The notes beneath the pieces were generated by a model. The model saw only the letters and a list, made by a program, of their open reading frames with translations, did no database searches and was not told where the DNA came from. A DNA stretch of 24,000 nucleotides from an uncultured Solirubrobacterales bacterium. Its GTDB lineage: Bacteria > Actinomycetota > Thermoleophilia > Solirubrobacterales > Thermoleophilaceae. The DNA is taken from contig CAVVQE010000001.1 in NCBI GenBank assembly GCA_963750365.1, forward strand, positions 463,866 to 487,865. The letters run 5' to 3'. Shown here piece by piece: positions 1 to 7,502 of the stretch; position 1 is the first letter of the stretch, and every line of letters begins with the position of its first letter. A program made the translations under genes and the position numbers.

Positions 1-157
1 GCAGGGCTCGAAGCCGCCGTGGCGGCTGCGCCAGAACTACCTGCACGACATCGTGGACCTGCGTCGCGGCGCCCTGGAGGACGGCGTGCTCGAGTTCAGC
101 CGCGCGCCGGCGGGCGCTCGGTCCGAGCGGACCGCCGAGCAAACCGCGGCCGCCTAG
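1..157 (+). CDS. 3' end of an unidentified CDS (start lies upstream of the window)
   Basis: The frame starting at nt 2 is open from the window edge to TAG at 155-157 and has strong G/C third-position bias. Translation: QGSKPPWRLRQNYLHDIVDLRRGALEDGVLEFSRAPAGARSERTAEQTAAA*. No family recognised. It is absent from the ORF track because it has no start codon. Confidence 0.4.
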   Translation, partial: QGSKPPWRLRQNYLHDIVDLRRGALEDGVLEFSRAPAGARSERTAEQTAAA

Positions 158-160
158 AGG

Positions 161-805
161 TCAGCGTACGTTGCCCTGCGCGGGGATGCCGTCCTTGAGC
201 ATCCCGGCCAGGTGCATCAGGTTCCAGCTCATGAACGCGGTGTTGTTGTTGGTGAACTCGTTGTCCAGGCCGACCCCGTCGTCGCCGTAGCTGGGCCCCG
301 GCCCGGCCTCGCCGATCCAGCCTGCGTCGGCCTGCGGCGGGATCGTGTAGCCCACGTGCTGGAGGCTGTACAGGACGTTGGACGCGCAGTGCTTGATGCC
401 GTCCTCGTTGCCGGTGATCAGGCAGCCGCCCACGCGTCCGTAGTAGATCGACTGACCGGCATCGTTCAGGTCGCCCGAGTTCGAGTACAGCCGCTCGATC
501 ATCAGCTTCATCTGCGAGCTGTTGTCGCCCAGCCAGATCGGCCCGCACAGGACCAGGATGTCCGCGGCCAGCACGCGCTCGAACAGCTGGGGCCACGCGT
601 CCGTGGCCCAGCCGGCCTCGGTCATGTCCGGCTGGATGCCGGTGGCGATGTCCTGGTCGACCGAGCGGAACTGGTCCACGCTCACGCCCTCGGCCGCCAT
701 GATCGCCGCGCTCTTGTCGATCAGCAGCTGCGTGTGGCTGGGCTCGGGCGAGCGCGTCAGCGTGCAGTTCACGAACAGTGCTGACAGGCGGCTGAAGTCG
801 TTCAT
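161..805 (-). CDS. NAD(P)H-dependent FMN reductase / flavodoxin-like flavoprotein
   Basis: 214-aa ORF with ATG at 805. The flavodoxin-like pattern (FVNCTLTRSP near the N-terminus, ADILVLCGPIWLGDNSSQMKLMIERLY, GGCLITGNEDG) is typical of the FMN_red / multimeric flavodoxin family. Confidence 0.8.
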   Translation of the reverse strand: MNDFSRLSALFVNCTLTRSPEPSHTQLLIDKSAAIMAAEGVSVDQFRSVDQDIATGIQPDMTEAGWATDAWPQLFERVLAADILVLCGPIWLGDNSSQMKLMIERLYSNSGDLNDAGQSIYYGRVGGCLITGNEDGIKHCASNVLYSLQHVGYTIPPQADAGWIGEAGPGPSYGDDGVGLDNEFTNNNTAFMSWNLMHLAGMLKDGIPAQGNVR

Positions 806-848
806 GCGGGCACGCTATCCGGTGCCGTGGGTCGACACCTCGCCATTA

Positions 849-873
849 GGGAACGGGCACGGTGCCCGTTCCC
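849..873 (-). terminator. Near-perfect 25-bp inverted repeat (GGGAACGGGCAC-G-GTGCCCGTTCCC) between the peroxiredoxin stop and the flavoprotein start. Candidate stem-loop terminator or protein-binding palindrome.
   Basis: The 12-nt arms at 849-860 and 862-873 are exact reverse complements. It lies 12 nt downstream of the prx stop (885) and 44 nt upstream of the flavoprotein ATG (805). No U-tract follows on the minus strand. Confidence 0.4.
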
Positions 874-884
874 CTGGCGCGGGA

Positions 885-1544
885 TCACTTGGGCTGGGGC
901 ACGATCCGCAGCCACGGCCGCGGGGCGTCCCAGCCGTCGGGGAACTTCTCCTTGGCCTGTTCGTCGGACACCGACCCGGCGATGATCACGTCGTCGCCCT
1001 GCTGCCACTGCGCGGGCGTGGCCACGGCCTCGTTGGCCGTCAGCTGCAGCGAGTCGATCACCCGCAGCACCTCGTCGAAGTTGCGCCCGGTGGTCATGGG
1101 GTACACCAGCACGAGCTTGATCTTCTTGTCGGGGCCGACCACGAAGACGTTGCGCAGCGTCTGGTTCTGGGCCGGCGTGCGCTCGGTCGGGTCGCCCTCC
1201 ACGTCCTCGGGCAGCATGCCGTAGAGCTTCGAGACCTTGAAGTCGTCGTCGGCGATGATCGGGTAGTTGGGCGCCGTGCCCTGGGTCTCGGCGATGTCCT
1301 GGGCCCACTTGTCGTGGTTCTCCAACGGGTCGACGGACAGGCCGATGATCTTCGTGTTGCGGCTGTCGAAGTCCGGCTTGATGCTGGCCATGTAGCCCAG
1401 CTCGGTGGTGCAGACCGGCGTGAAGTTGCGCGGGTGCGAGAACAGCACGGCCCAGCCGTCGCCGATCCAGTCGTGGAAGTTGATCGGGCCCTCGGTGGTC
1501 TGGGCCTCGAAGTCCGGTGCGGTGTCGCCGATTGTCAGAGCCAT
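885..1544 (-). CDS. 1-Cys peroxiredoxin (Prx6-like)
   Basis: The ORF 885..1574 contains MALTIGDTAPDFEA...FSHPRNFTPVCTTELG (peroxidatic Cys motif PVCTTE), and I see no resolving Cys. I prefer the ATG at 1544, which is preceded by AGAGGGAGAC (RBS) 7-8 nt upstream, over the track start at 1574. Confidence 0.9.
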   Translation of the reverse strand: MALTIGDTAPDFEAQTTEGPINFHDWIGDGWAVLFSHPRNFTPVCTTELGYMASIKPDFDSRNTKIIGLSVDPLENHDKWAQDIAETQGTAPNYPIIADDDFKVSKLYGMLPEDVEGDPTERTPAQNQTLRNVFVVGPDKKIKLVLVYPMTTGRNFDEVLRVIDSLQLTANEAVATPAQWQQGDDVIIAGSVSDEQAKEKFPDGWDAPRPWLRIVPQPK

Positions 1545-1695
1545 GGGTGGGTCTCCCTCTCGTTTCGTGAGCAATCGCCAATCTACTCAAACCCGACAAC
1601 GTTTGACCATTTTGATGTGCGGCCGCGCTGCATCGGGGCCGCGGAGGACGTGCAAGGCTTCCCGCCCAGATGGACCCCGGGCGAGTGAACGAGCC

Positions 1696-2391
1696 ATGAC
1701 CGCCGCGGTTGGCTGGGGCGCTCTGTCGGCCTCCTCGTTGGTGATCGGCGCCCTGTTGGGCGGGGCGCGGGACTGGCCGGACCGCGCAGTCGGTCTGGTG
1801 CTGGCGTTCGGGGCCGGGGCGCTGATCAGCGCCGTCAGCTTCGAGCTGGCCGGCGAGGGGGCCAGGATCGGCGGCGCGGTCGCGCTTGGGGTCGGGCTTG
1901 CCGCCGGGGCCCTGACCTACTGGTCGCTCAGCCGCGCGCTGGCCAGGCGGGGCGGCAAGAGCGAAGCCGGCACCGGCCTGGCCCTGGGCGCGTTCCTTGA
2001 CGGACTACCCGAGCAGGCGGTCCTGGGCATCGGGCTGGCCACCGGCGCCGGCGTCAGCGTCAGCCTGCTGGTGGCCATCTTCGTGTCCAACCTGCCCGAG
2101 GCGATCGGATCCAGCAGCGACATGGAGGACGCCGGCGCCAACCGCTCGCGCGTGCTGCGGTTGTGGCTGGTCGTGGCCACGTTGTGCGCGGGCGCCAGCG
2201 TGCTCGGCTACGGCCTGGCCGACGCGACGTCGAACGAGCTCAAGGCTGCCATCGACGGCTTCGCCGCGGGCGCGCTGCTGGTCATGCTGGCCGACTCGAT
2301 GATCCCCGAGGCCGCGCGCAAGGCCGGCTCGACCGCGGGGCTGGTGCTGGCGCTGGGGTTCGCGGTGGCGGCGGGGCTGTCCGGCGTCTGA
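1696..2391 (+). CDS. ZIP family metal (Zn/Fe) transporter
   Basis: Start at ATG 1696, in frame within track ORF 1405..2391. The 231-aa polytopic membrane protein has the ZIP-like pattern GAFLDGLPEQAVLG and SNLPEAIGSS with a central charged loop. The upstream part of the track ORF reads through the divergent intergenic region and is not credible. Confidence 0.8.
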   Translation: MTAAVGWGALSASSLVIGALLGGARDWPDRAVGLVLAFGAGALISAVSFELAGEGARIGGAVALGVGLAAGALTYWSLSRALARRGGKSEAGTGLALGAFLDGLPEQAVLGIGLATGAGVSVSLLVAIFVSNLPEAIGSSSDMEDAGANRSRVLRLWLVVATLCAGASVLGYGLADATSNELKAAIDGFAAGALLVMLADSMIPEAARKAGSTAGLVLALGFAVAAGLSGV

Positions 2392-2398
2392 GCGGGCG

Positions 2399-2581
2399 CT
2401 AGCCGGGCGACGAGCCGGCGGCGGCCGACTGGTGCTTCGGCTCACCATGCTCCAGCGCCTCGCCCTCGATGTCCACGCGGGGGAGCAGCCTGTCCAGCCA
2501 GCCCGGCAGCGACCAGGCGCGGCGGCCTACCAGCGCCAGGCTGTGCCGGCCGGGTGGCCGACGGGCCCGCCGCGAGAGAAC
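2399..2581 (-). pseudogene. Relic of the C-terminal end of an MMPL-family transporter gene (no start codon, truncated 5' side)
   Basis: The minus-strand frame is open from TGA (2582-2584) to TAG (2399-2401). It reads ...HSLALVGRRAWSLPGWLDRLLPRVDIEGEALEHGEPKHQSAAAGSSPG*. This matches the C-terminus of the intact MMPL in this window (PSLMYMFGKWSWWMPSRIEKRLPQLSVEG) and the usual MMPL tail W-x-P-x-W-L-D-x-x-L-P-x-x-x-x-E-G. G/C third-position bias is retained. There is no ATG/GTG/TTG in frame. It is not listed in the ORF track. Confidence 0.45.
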
Positions 2582-2675
2582 TCAAGCCCCGAACGCATGC
2601 TCGCCTCGCGGTTGGCGCGGGCCCGCTCGGCAGGCGCTTGGTCAGGGGGCCGCCGAGCGCTAGCATCGGTCGTTC

Positions 2676-2695
2676 TTGCCCGGGTTTCCGGGCAA
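2676..2695. other. Perfect 8-bp stem / 4-nt loop hairpin (TTGCCCGG-GTTT-CCGGGCAA) in the leader region upstream of the DUF2294 gene
   Basis: Exact inverted repeat read directly from the sequence, about 70 nt upstream of ATG 2765. Function unknown. Confidence 0.25.
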
Positions 2696-2764
2696 CGCGT
2701 GGTCAGTGCTCTCTTAGCTCTCGCCGACCCGACGCGCCTTCCAAGAGCCGGGGGAACGGACGCA

Positions 2765-3142
2765 ATGTCCGGCACCGACGCCTCGCTCGACGGCGAGGAC
2801 CTCACCGAAGCGATCTCTGCCTCGATGGTCGCCCTCTACGCCGACCACTACGGCCACGACCGCACCACCGGCACGACCTACATCAACGACAACGTCGTGG
2901 TGTGCATCCTCGAGGACATCCTCAGCGCCCACGAGGACACCCAGATCGCCAGCGGCGACGGCGGCGACGTGATCGACGGCCGCGTGGCGTTCCAGACGGG
3001 CATGCAGGACGAGTTCACGAGCGAGATCGAGCGGTTGACCGAGCGCCGCGTGACCGCCTTCATGAGCGCGAACCAGACCACCCCCGGGGTCGCCTGCGAG
3101 CTGTTCTTCCTCGAGGCGCCCACCGGGGCGGGCGAGCGGTAG
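2765..3142 (+). CDS. DUF2294 (MpsC-like) domain protein
   Basis: Start at ATG 2765, in frame within track ORF 2432..3142. The 125-aa protein has ISASMVALYADHYGHDRTTGTTYINDNVVVCILEDILSAHE...FQTGMQDEFTSEIERLTERRVTAFMS, the pattern I recognise for DUF2294. The upstream track extension is Arg/Pro/Ala-rich and non-coding-like. Confidence 0.75.
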   Translation: MSGTDASLDGEDLTEAISASMVALYADHYGHDRTTGTTYINDNVVVCILEDILSAHEDTQIASGDGGDVIDGRVAFQTGMQDEFTSEIERLTERRVTAFMSANQTTPGVACELFFLEAPTGAGER

Positions 3143-3144
3143 CC

Positions 3145-3708
3145 ATGCTCACGCCCAGCGCTGGCGTAGGCGATCGCGAGCTGATGGCTCGCGTCCAGGC
3201 GGACGATCCCGACGCGTTCGAGGCCCTTTTCGACCGGTTCGCGCTCAAGGCCTACCGCGTGGCGTACCTGATCGCGCGTGAGCCCTCACGGACCGAGGAC
3301 GTCATCCAGGACGCGTTCCTGGCCATCTGGCGCACCCGCGCCGCCTACCGCCCCGAGCGTGGCGCCGTGGGCGCATGGATCCTCACCGTGGTCCGCAACC
3401 GGGCGATCGACTCGATGCGCCGCAACGTGCGGCACGATCGCCGGCGCGCGGAGGAGGAGAGGGTCGCGGAGGGTCTGACCCCGTCGCGCAGCGTCGCGGA
3501 GCAGGTGGCCGAGCGCGACGAGGCCAGCCGTCTGCGGGCGGTGCTCTCGCGCCTGCCGGAAGCCCAGCGCGAGGTCATCGCGCTGGCCTACTTCGGTGAG
3601 TTGAGCAGCACCGAGATCGCCGACGAACTGTCGCTACCGCTGGGGACCATCAAGGGCCGCATGCGCCTGGGGCTGGACAAGCTCCGGAGCGACATCACGC
3701 CGGAGTGA
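3145..3708 (+). CDS. ECF-type RNA polymerase sigma-70 family factor
   Basis: ATG 3145 lies 2 nt after the DUF2294 stop (TAG 3140-3142). Region 2 is recognisable (FEALFDRF...VIQDAFLAIWR...GAWILTVVRNRAIDSMRR), as is the region 4 HTH (REVIALAYFGELSSTEIADELSLPLGTIKGRMRLGLDKLR). 187 aa. Confidence 0.9.
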   Translation: MLTPSAGVGDRELMARVQADDPDAFEALFDRFALKAYRVAYLIAREPSRTEDVIQDAFLAIWRTRAAYRPERGAVGAWILTVVRNRAIDSMRRNVRHDRRRAEEERVAEGLTPSRSVAEQVAERDEASRLRAVLSRLPEAQREVIALAYFGELSSTEIADELSLPLGTIKGRMRLGLDKLRSDITPE

Positions 3709-3726
3709 GCCGGGCCGGGACCATGA

Positions 3727-5865
3727 CTAGGACGCCTCGGGCGCGGGCTGCGCCGGGCCTTCGACCGACAGCTGCGGCAGCCGCTTCTCGATCCGGCTGG
3801 GCATCCACCAGCTCCACTTGCCGAACATGTACATCAGCGAGGGGACCAGGATCAGGCGGATGAAGAACGCGTCCACGAACACCGCGCTGGCCAATCCGAG
3901 CCCGAACAGCTTGATCGTGCGCTCGTCGCCGAACATGAACGAGCCGAACACGCTGACCATGATGATCGCGGCGGCCATGACCACCTTGCCGGTCAGGGCG
4001 AGGCCGTTGCGCACGGCGCGGGCCGGGTCGTTGCCCTTCTGCCATTCCTCGTGCATGCGGGTGACCAGGAATACCTCGTAATCCATCGACAACCCGAACA
4101 CGATCGCGAACATGAAGACCGGTAGGAACGCCTCGATCGGCCCGGTGGTCTGCACCCCGATCAGCGAGGCCAGGTGGCCGTCCTGGAACACGAACGTGAT
4201 CACGCCGAGCGCGGCGCCGATCGAGAGCACGTTCATGAACGCGGCTTTGATCGGGATCACCAGCGAGCGGAACACCACCGCCAGCAGGAACAGCGACAGC
4301 CCGACGACCACGGCGATGAACAGCGGCAGCTTGGAGGCCAGCACGCTGTTCAGGTCCTCGGTCGTCGCGGTCGCGCCGCCGACGCTGGCCGTGACGCCGG
4401 TGGCCTGCTCGACCGGCGGGATCACGTCGTTGCGCAGGCGGACAAGCAGGTCCTGCGTCTTGGTGGACTGCGGCTTGGTGCTCGGGAACACCGTCAACGT
4501 CGCGGTGTCCTTGGCCGGGTTCAGCGACGGAGGCGTCACGACCGCGACGCCGTCGCTGCCGCCGATGGCCGCCGACAGCTTGGCCAGCGGGGCGGTGTCG
4601 CCCTTGCTCGGCAGCTCGGTGACCACCAGGAACGGCCCGTTGAAGCCGGGACCGAACCCCTCCGAGAGCTGGTCGTAGGCGATCCGGGTGGTGGTGCCCG
4701 CGGCATCGCTGCCGGAGTCGCTCGAGCCCAGGTTCATGCCCAGCACCGGGAAGGCGATCACGGCCACGATCGCGATCGTGGCCATCGAGATCAGCCGCGG
4801 GCGTCGCTCCAGGAACTTGGCCCACTTGGCCCAGACGCCGGGATGGGCATCCGGGTCGCCCTTGCCCTTGCCGAGCTTGACGCGCGACCCGAACGTGCCA
4901 AGCAGAGCAGGCAGCAGGGTCAGCGAGCCGACCATGGTGAAGAACACCGCCAGCGCCGAGGCGATCGCCGGCCCGTTCAGGAACGAGATGCCCAGCAGCA
5001 GCATGCCCAGCAGCGCGATCACCACGGTCGTGCCGGCGAACAGCACCGAACGGCCCGCGGTATTCAGCGAGGTGATCGTGGCCTCACGGACGTCGCTGCC
5101 GCGACGACGCTCGCCGCGGAAGCGGTTCAGGATCAACAGGGCGTAGTCGATCCCCACGCCGAGGGCGATCATGACCGCCAGCGTCGGCGCGAACGTGGCG
5201 ATGTCGAACACCGCGGAGGCGGCCAGCACGATGGTCATGGCCACGGCGATCGATGCGAACGTGACGATCAGCGGCATGCTCATGGCCGCCAGCGACCCGA
5301 GCACGACCACGAGGACCACGATCGCGACCCCCACGCCGATGACCTCGGTGGCCGACTGCGCCGGCTGCTCGGCGACCTTGATCGCCTGCCCGCCGAGGTT
5401 GACCTGCAGCCCGTCGTTGGCCGCGCCCTTGGCGGTATCGATCACCCGCACGACGTCGGCCTTGTCCAGGTCGCTGGCCTGCTTGTCGAAGCCGACCGTG
5501 GCGTAGCCGATCTGGCCGTTCTTGCTGATCGCGCCCTTGCCCGCAAACGGGTCCTGCACCCCGGCGACGCCGGGTAGCGTGCCCAGCTTCTTGACCAGCG
5601 CCTGAATCTCGGGCTTGTGGGTGCCGTCGGCCAGCGTGCCGTCGTTGGCCTTGAACACCACCTGGCTGGAGTCGCCCGCCTGCTGGGGGAACTTGGTCTT
5701 CAGCAGGTCGGTGGCCTTCTGGGATTCGCTGCCGGGGAGTGAGAAGTTGTCGACGAAGGTGCCGCCCGCGCCGGCCGCCAGGGCGCCAAACCCGACGATC
5801 ATGGCGACCCAAAGGCCGATTACCAGTCGGTGCCGGTCGTGGCACCACTCTCCGATGCGTCGCAT
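3727..5865 (-). CDS. MMPL family (RND superfamily) membrane transporter
   Basis: The long minus ORF has two 6-TM bundles and large extracytoplasmic domains. It contains GVGIDYALLILNRFRGE and GLSMDYEVFLVTRMHEEW motifs and the C-terminal KWSWWMPSRIEKRLP tail. I prefer ATG 5865 (MRRIGEWCHDRHRLVIGLWVAMIV...) over the GTG at 5934. Confidence 0.9.
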   Translation of the reverse strand: MRRIGEWCHDRHRLVIGLWVAMIVGFGALAAGAGGTFVDNFSLPGSESQKATDLLKTKFPQQAGDSSQVVFKANDGTLADGTHKPEIQALVKKLGTLPGVAGVQDPFAGKGAISKNGQIGYATVGFDKQASDLDKADVVRVIDTAKGAANDGLQVNLGGQAIKVAEQPAQSATEVIGVGVAIVVLVVVLGSLAAMSMPLIVTFASIAVAMTIVLAASAVFDIATFAPTLAVMIALGVGIDYALLILNRFRGERRRGSDVREATITSLNTAGRSVLFAGTTVVIALLGMLLLGISFLNGPAIASALAVFFTMVGSLTLLPALLGTFGSRVKLGKGKGDPDAHPGVWAKWAKFLERRPRLISMATIAIVAVIAFPVLGMNLGSSDSGSDAAGTTTRIAYDQLSEGFGPGFNGPFLVVTELPSKGDTAPLAKLSAAIGGSDGVAVVTPPSLNPAKDTATLTVFPSTKPQSTKTQDLLVRLRNDVIPPVEQATGVTASVGGATATTEDLNSVLASKLPLFIAVVVGLSLFLLAVVFRSLVIPIKAAFMNVLSIGAALGVITFVFQDGHLASLIGVQTTGPIEAFLPVFMFAIVFGLSMDYEVFLVTRMHEEWQKGNDPARAVRNGLALTGKVVMAAAIIMVSVFGSFMFGDERTIKLFGLGLASAVFVDAFFIRLILVPSLMYMFGKWSWWMPSRIEKRLPQLSVEGPAQPAPEAS

Positions 5866-5938
5866 TGCAAGTTCGCTTTCTTCCGAAGCCAGGGGTCCCG
5901 ATGGTCGGGATGTCGATGAGGGCACTATACACACTCAC

Positions 5939-5950
5939 TGCAAATTTGCA
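5939..5950. promoter_or_regulatory. Perfect 12-bp AT-rich palindrome TGCAAATTTGCA in the MMPL/tetR divergent intergenic region. Candidate TetR operator.
   Basis: It is its own reverse complement and sits in the most AT-rich patch of the window, between MMPL start 5865 and tetR start 5999. The half-site-like TTGCAAG recurs at 5865-5871 and 5946-5952. Confidence 0.45.
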
Positions 5951-5998
5951 AGAACCGCATGATTGCGCTTGTTGCGAAAGGTGCTAGTGTGCAGATCG

Positions 5999-6613
5999 AT
6001 GGGTCTGAGAGAGCGAAAGAAGGAGCGGACGGCGCGAGCAATCGAGGATGCGGCGCTCTACCTGTTCGCCGAACGGGGCTTTCAGGCGACCACGGTCGCC
6101 GACATCGCCGAGGCCGCCGAGGTGGCCCCGCGGACGTTCTTCGCCTACTTCCCGTCGAAGGAGAGCGTGCTGTTCGGCGACTTCGACCAGACCGTCCAGG
6201 CACTGGCCGCGCACCTCGAGCAGCGCGAGAGCGGCCAGAGCACGCTGGACGCGGTGCGTGCGTGGATCGTCGAGATCGTCGAGCGCGACGGACTGGACGA
6301 GGAGCGCGGACGGCGGCTCCGTGAGGTCATCGAGGCCAACGAGCCGCTGCTGACCTACGAGCGCCAGCTCACGATCCGCTTCGAGGCGCTGATCGCCGCG
6401 GCCGTGGCAGAGGATCTGGGCGCCGACCCCCACGACCTGCACCCGCGGCTGATCGCCGCCGCGGCCGCGGCTTCGCTCGCCGTCCTCCGGCCGGACCCCG
6501 ACGCTCCCGCTGCCGAGCCCACGACGGACCTTCTGGCGCCGCTGGACGACGCGCTCGCCTTCCTGAGCGGCGGCATCGAGGCGCTGCGCCGGCGCGGCGC
6601 TCGAGTTGGCTGA
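5999..6613 (+). CDS. TetR/AcrR family transcriptional regulator
   Basis: MGLRERKKERTARAIEDAALYLFAERGFQATTVADIAEAAEVAPRTFFAYFPSKE is a canonical TetR N-terminal HTH. I prefer ATG 5999 to the track start at 5963. It is divergent from the MMPL gene. Confidence 0.9.
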   Translation: MGLRERKKERTARAIEDAALYLFAERGFQATTVADIAEAAEVAPRTFFAYFPSKESVLFGDFDQTVQALAAHLEQRESGQSTLDAVRAWIVEIVERDGLDEERGRRLREVIEANEPLLTYERQLTIRFEALIAAAVAEDLGADPHDLHPRLIAAAAAASLAVLRPDPDAPAAEPTTDLLAPLDDALAFLSGGIEALRRRGARVG

Positions 6614-7502
6614 GGCCCGGACCGTGCCGAGCTCCGCCGAGCGCGTAGCCACCTGGCGGGCGGCCGGTGAGTTCACCGAGGTCCACGGGCACCGGCTTTA
6701 CCTGCAGCAGCGCGAGGGCAGCGGGCCGCTGCTGGTCTTCCTGCACGGCTTCCCCTCCAGCTCCTATGACTGGCGGTCGCTGGTCGACCTGCTGCCCGGC
6801 AGGCGGATGCTGCTGCTGGACTTCCTGGGCTTCGGGCTGTCGGACAAGCCGCGTGATCACCTCTACTCGCTGGCCTGGCAGGCGGACGCCGTGGTGGAGC
6901 TGCTGCGGCGCGCCGATGCGCCGCCGGCGTTCCTGGTCGCGCACGACATGGGCACGTCGGTGGCCACCGAGCTCATGGCCCGTGATCTGCGCGATCAGCT
7001 CGGCGTCGAGCTGACCGGGGCGCTGCTGTTCAACGGCAGCATCCTTCTGGGCCGCGCCAGCCCGACTCCCGGCCAGAAGCTGTTGCGCACCCGGCTCGGG
7101 CCGCTGTTCGCCCGTCTGACCAGCCAGCGCGCCTTCCGGCTGCAGTTCGCGCGCTTGTTCTCGAGCGAGCACCCGCTCTCGCGCGAGGAGGCGGCCGATC
7201 AATGGGCACTGCTCAGCGCGGGCGGCGGGCAGCGGCTGGCGCACCGCACGATCCACTACATGGACGAGCGCGAGCTCCTGACCGAACGCTGGCACGGTGC
7301 GTTCCGCGACTGGCCGGGCGCGCTCTCGCTGGCCTGGGGGCTGCGCGATCCGGTGGCCACCAGCGCGGTGCTCGAAGGCCTGCGCGAGCTGCGCCCGGGT
7401 GTGCCCGTCCGCGAGCTGGCCGATCTGGGCCACTACCCCCAGATCGAGGACCCGCGCCGGATGGCGGACGTGGTCGCCGACGTCGCTAGGTTGACCTCGT
7501 GA
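6606..7502 (+). CDS. Alpha/beta hydrolase, MEST-like / epoxide-hydrolase-like subfamily (Asp nucleophile)
   Basis: Motifs: LVFLHGFPSSSYDW, LDFLGFGLSDKPR, the nucleophile elbow VAHDMGTS (Asp114, codon 6945-6947, in place of GxSxG) and C-terminal GHYPQIEDP. As I recall it, these strings closely resemble MEST (HGFPTSSYDW / LDFLGFGFSDKPR / SHDYG / HYPQLEDP). The start is TTG 6606, which overlaps the tetR stop by 8 nt, or GTG 6624. Confidence 0.85.
   Translation: MAEARTVPSSAERVATWRAAGEFTEVHGHRLYLQQREGSGPLLVFLHGFPSSSYDWRSLVDLLPGRRMLLLDFLGFGLSDKPRDHLYSLAWQADAVVELLRRADAPPAFLVAHDMGTSVATELMARDLRDQLGVELTGALLFNGSILLGRASPTPGQKLLRTRLGPLFARLTSQRAFRLQFARLFSSEHPLSREEAADQWALLSAGGGQRLAHRTIHYMDERELLTERWHGAFRDWPGALSLAWGLRDPVATSAVLEGLRELRPGVPVRELADLGHYPQIEDPRRMADVVADVARLTS

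Noticed and set aside
1405-1695. N-terminal extensions of track ORFs (1405 for ZIP, 2432 for DUF2294, 2554 for the ECF sigma, 9794 for the antiporter, 19168 for CocE, 21034 for the repeat protein, 9006 for the response regulator)
   Set aside because: The extensions run through intergenic or neighbouring-gene sequence and encode low-complexity Arg/Pro-rich peptides. Internal in-frame starts give proteins of the normal family length, several with a visible RBS or a stop/start overlap.
1545-1695. Zur/Fur-type operator upstream of the ZIP transporter in the prx/ZIP divergent region, including the relatively AT-rich stretch CAACGTTTGACCATTTTGATGTG
   Set aside because: I could not find a convincing palindrome resembling the actinobacterial Zur box. 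A possible minus-strand promoter (TGGTCA, 18 nt, TAGATT at 1604-1609 and 1580-1585) is only a weak consensus match and is not reported as a feature.
3695-5577. Long overlapping ORFs opposite or out of frame to the MMPL gene (3695..4825 -, 4174..5577 +, 5084..5938 -). Similar shadow ORFs occur elsewhere (6369..7433 -, 9874..11412 +, 9986..11185 -, 13094..14053 -, 15136..16731 -, 15897..17240 +, 18015..19718 -, 19232..20836 +, 21172..22371 +).
   Set aside because: Their translations are dominated by Arg/Pro/Gly/Ala/His with no recognisable motifs. They overlap genes with clear family signatures and the expected G/C third-position bias. They are typical stop-codon-poor shadow frames of a high-GC genome.
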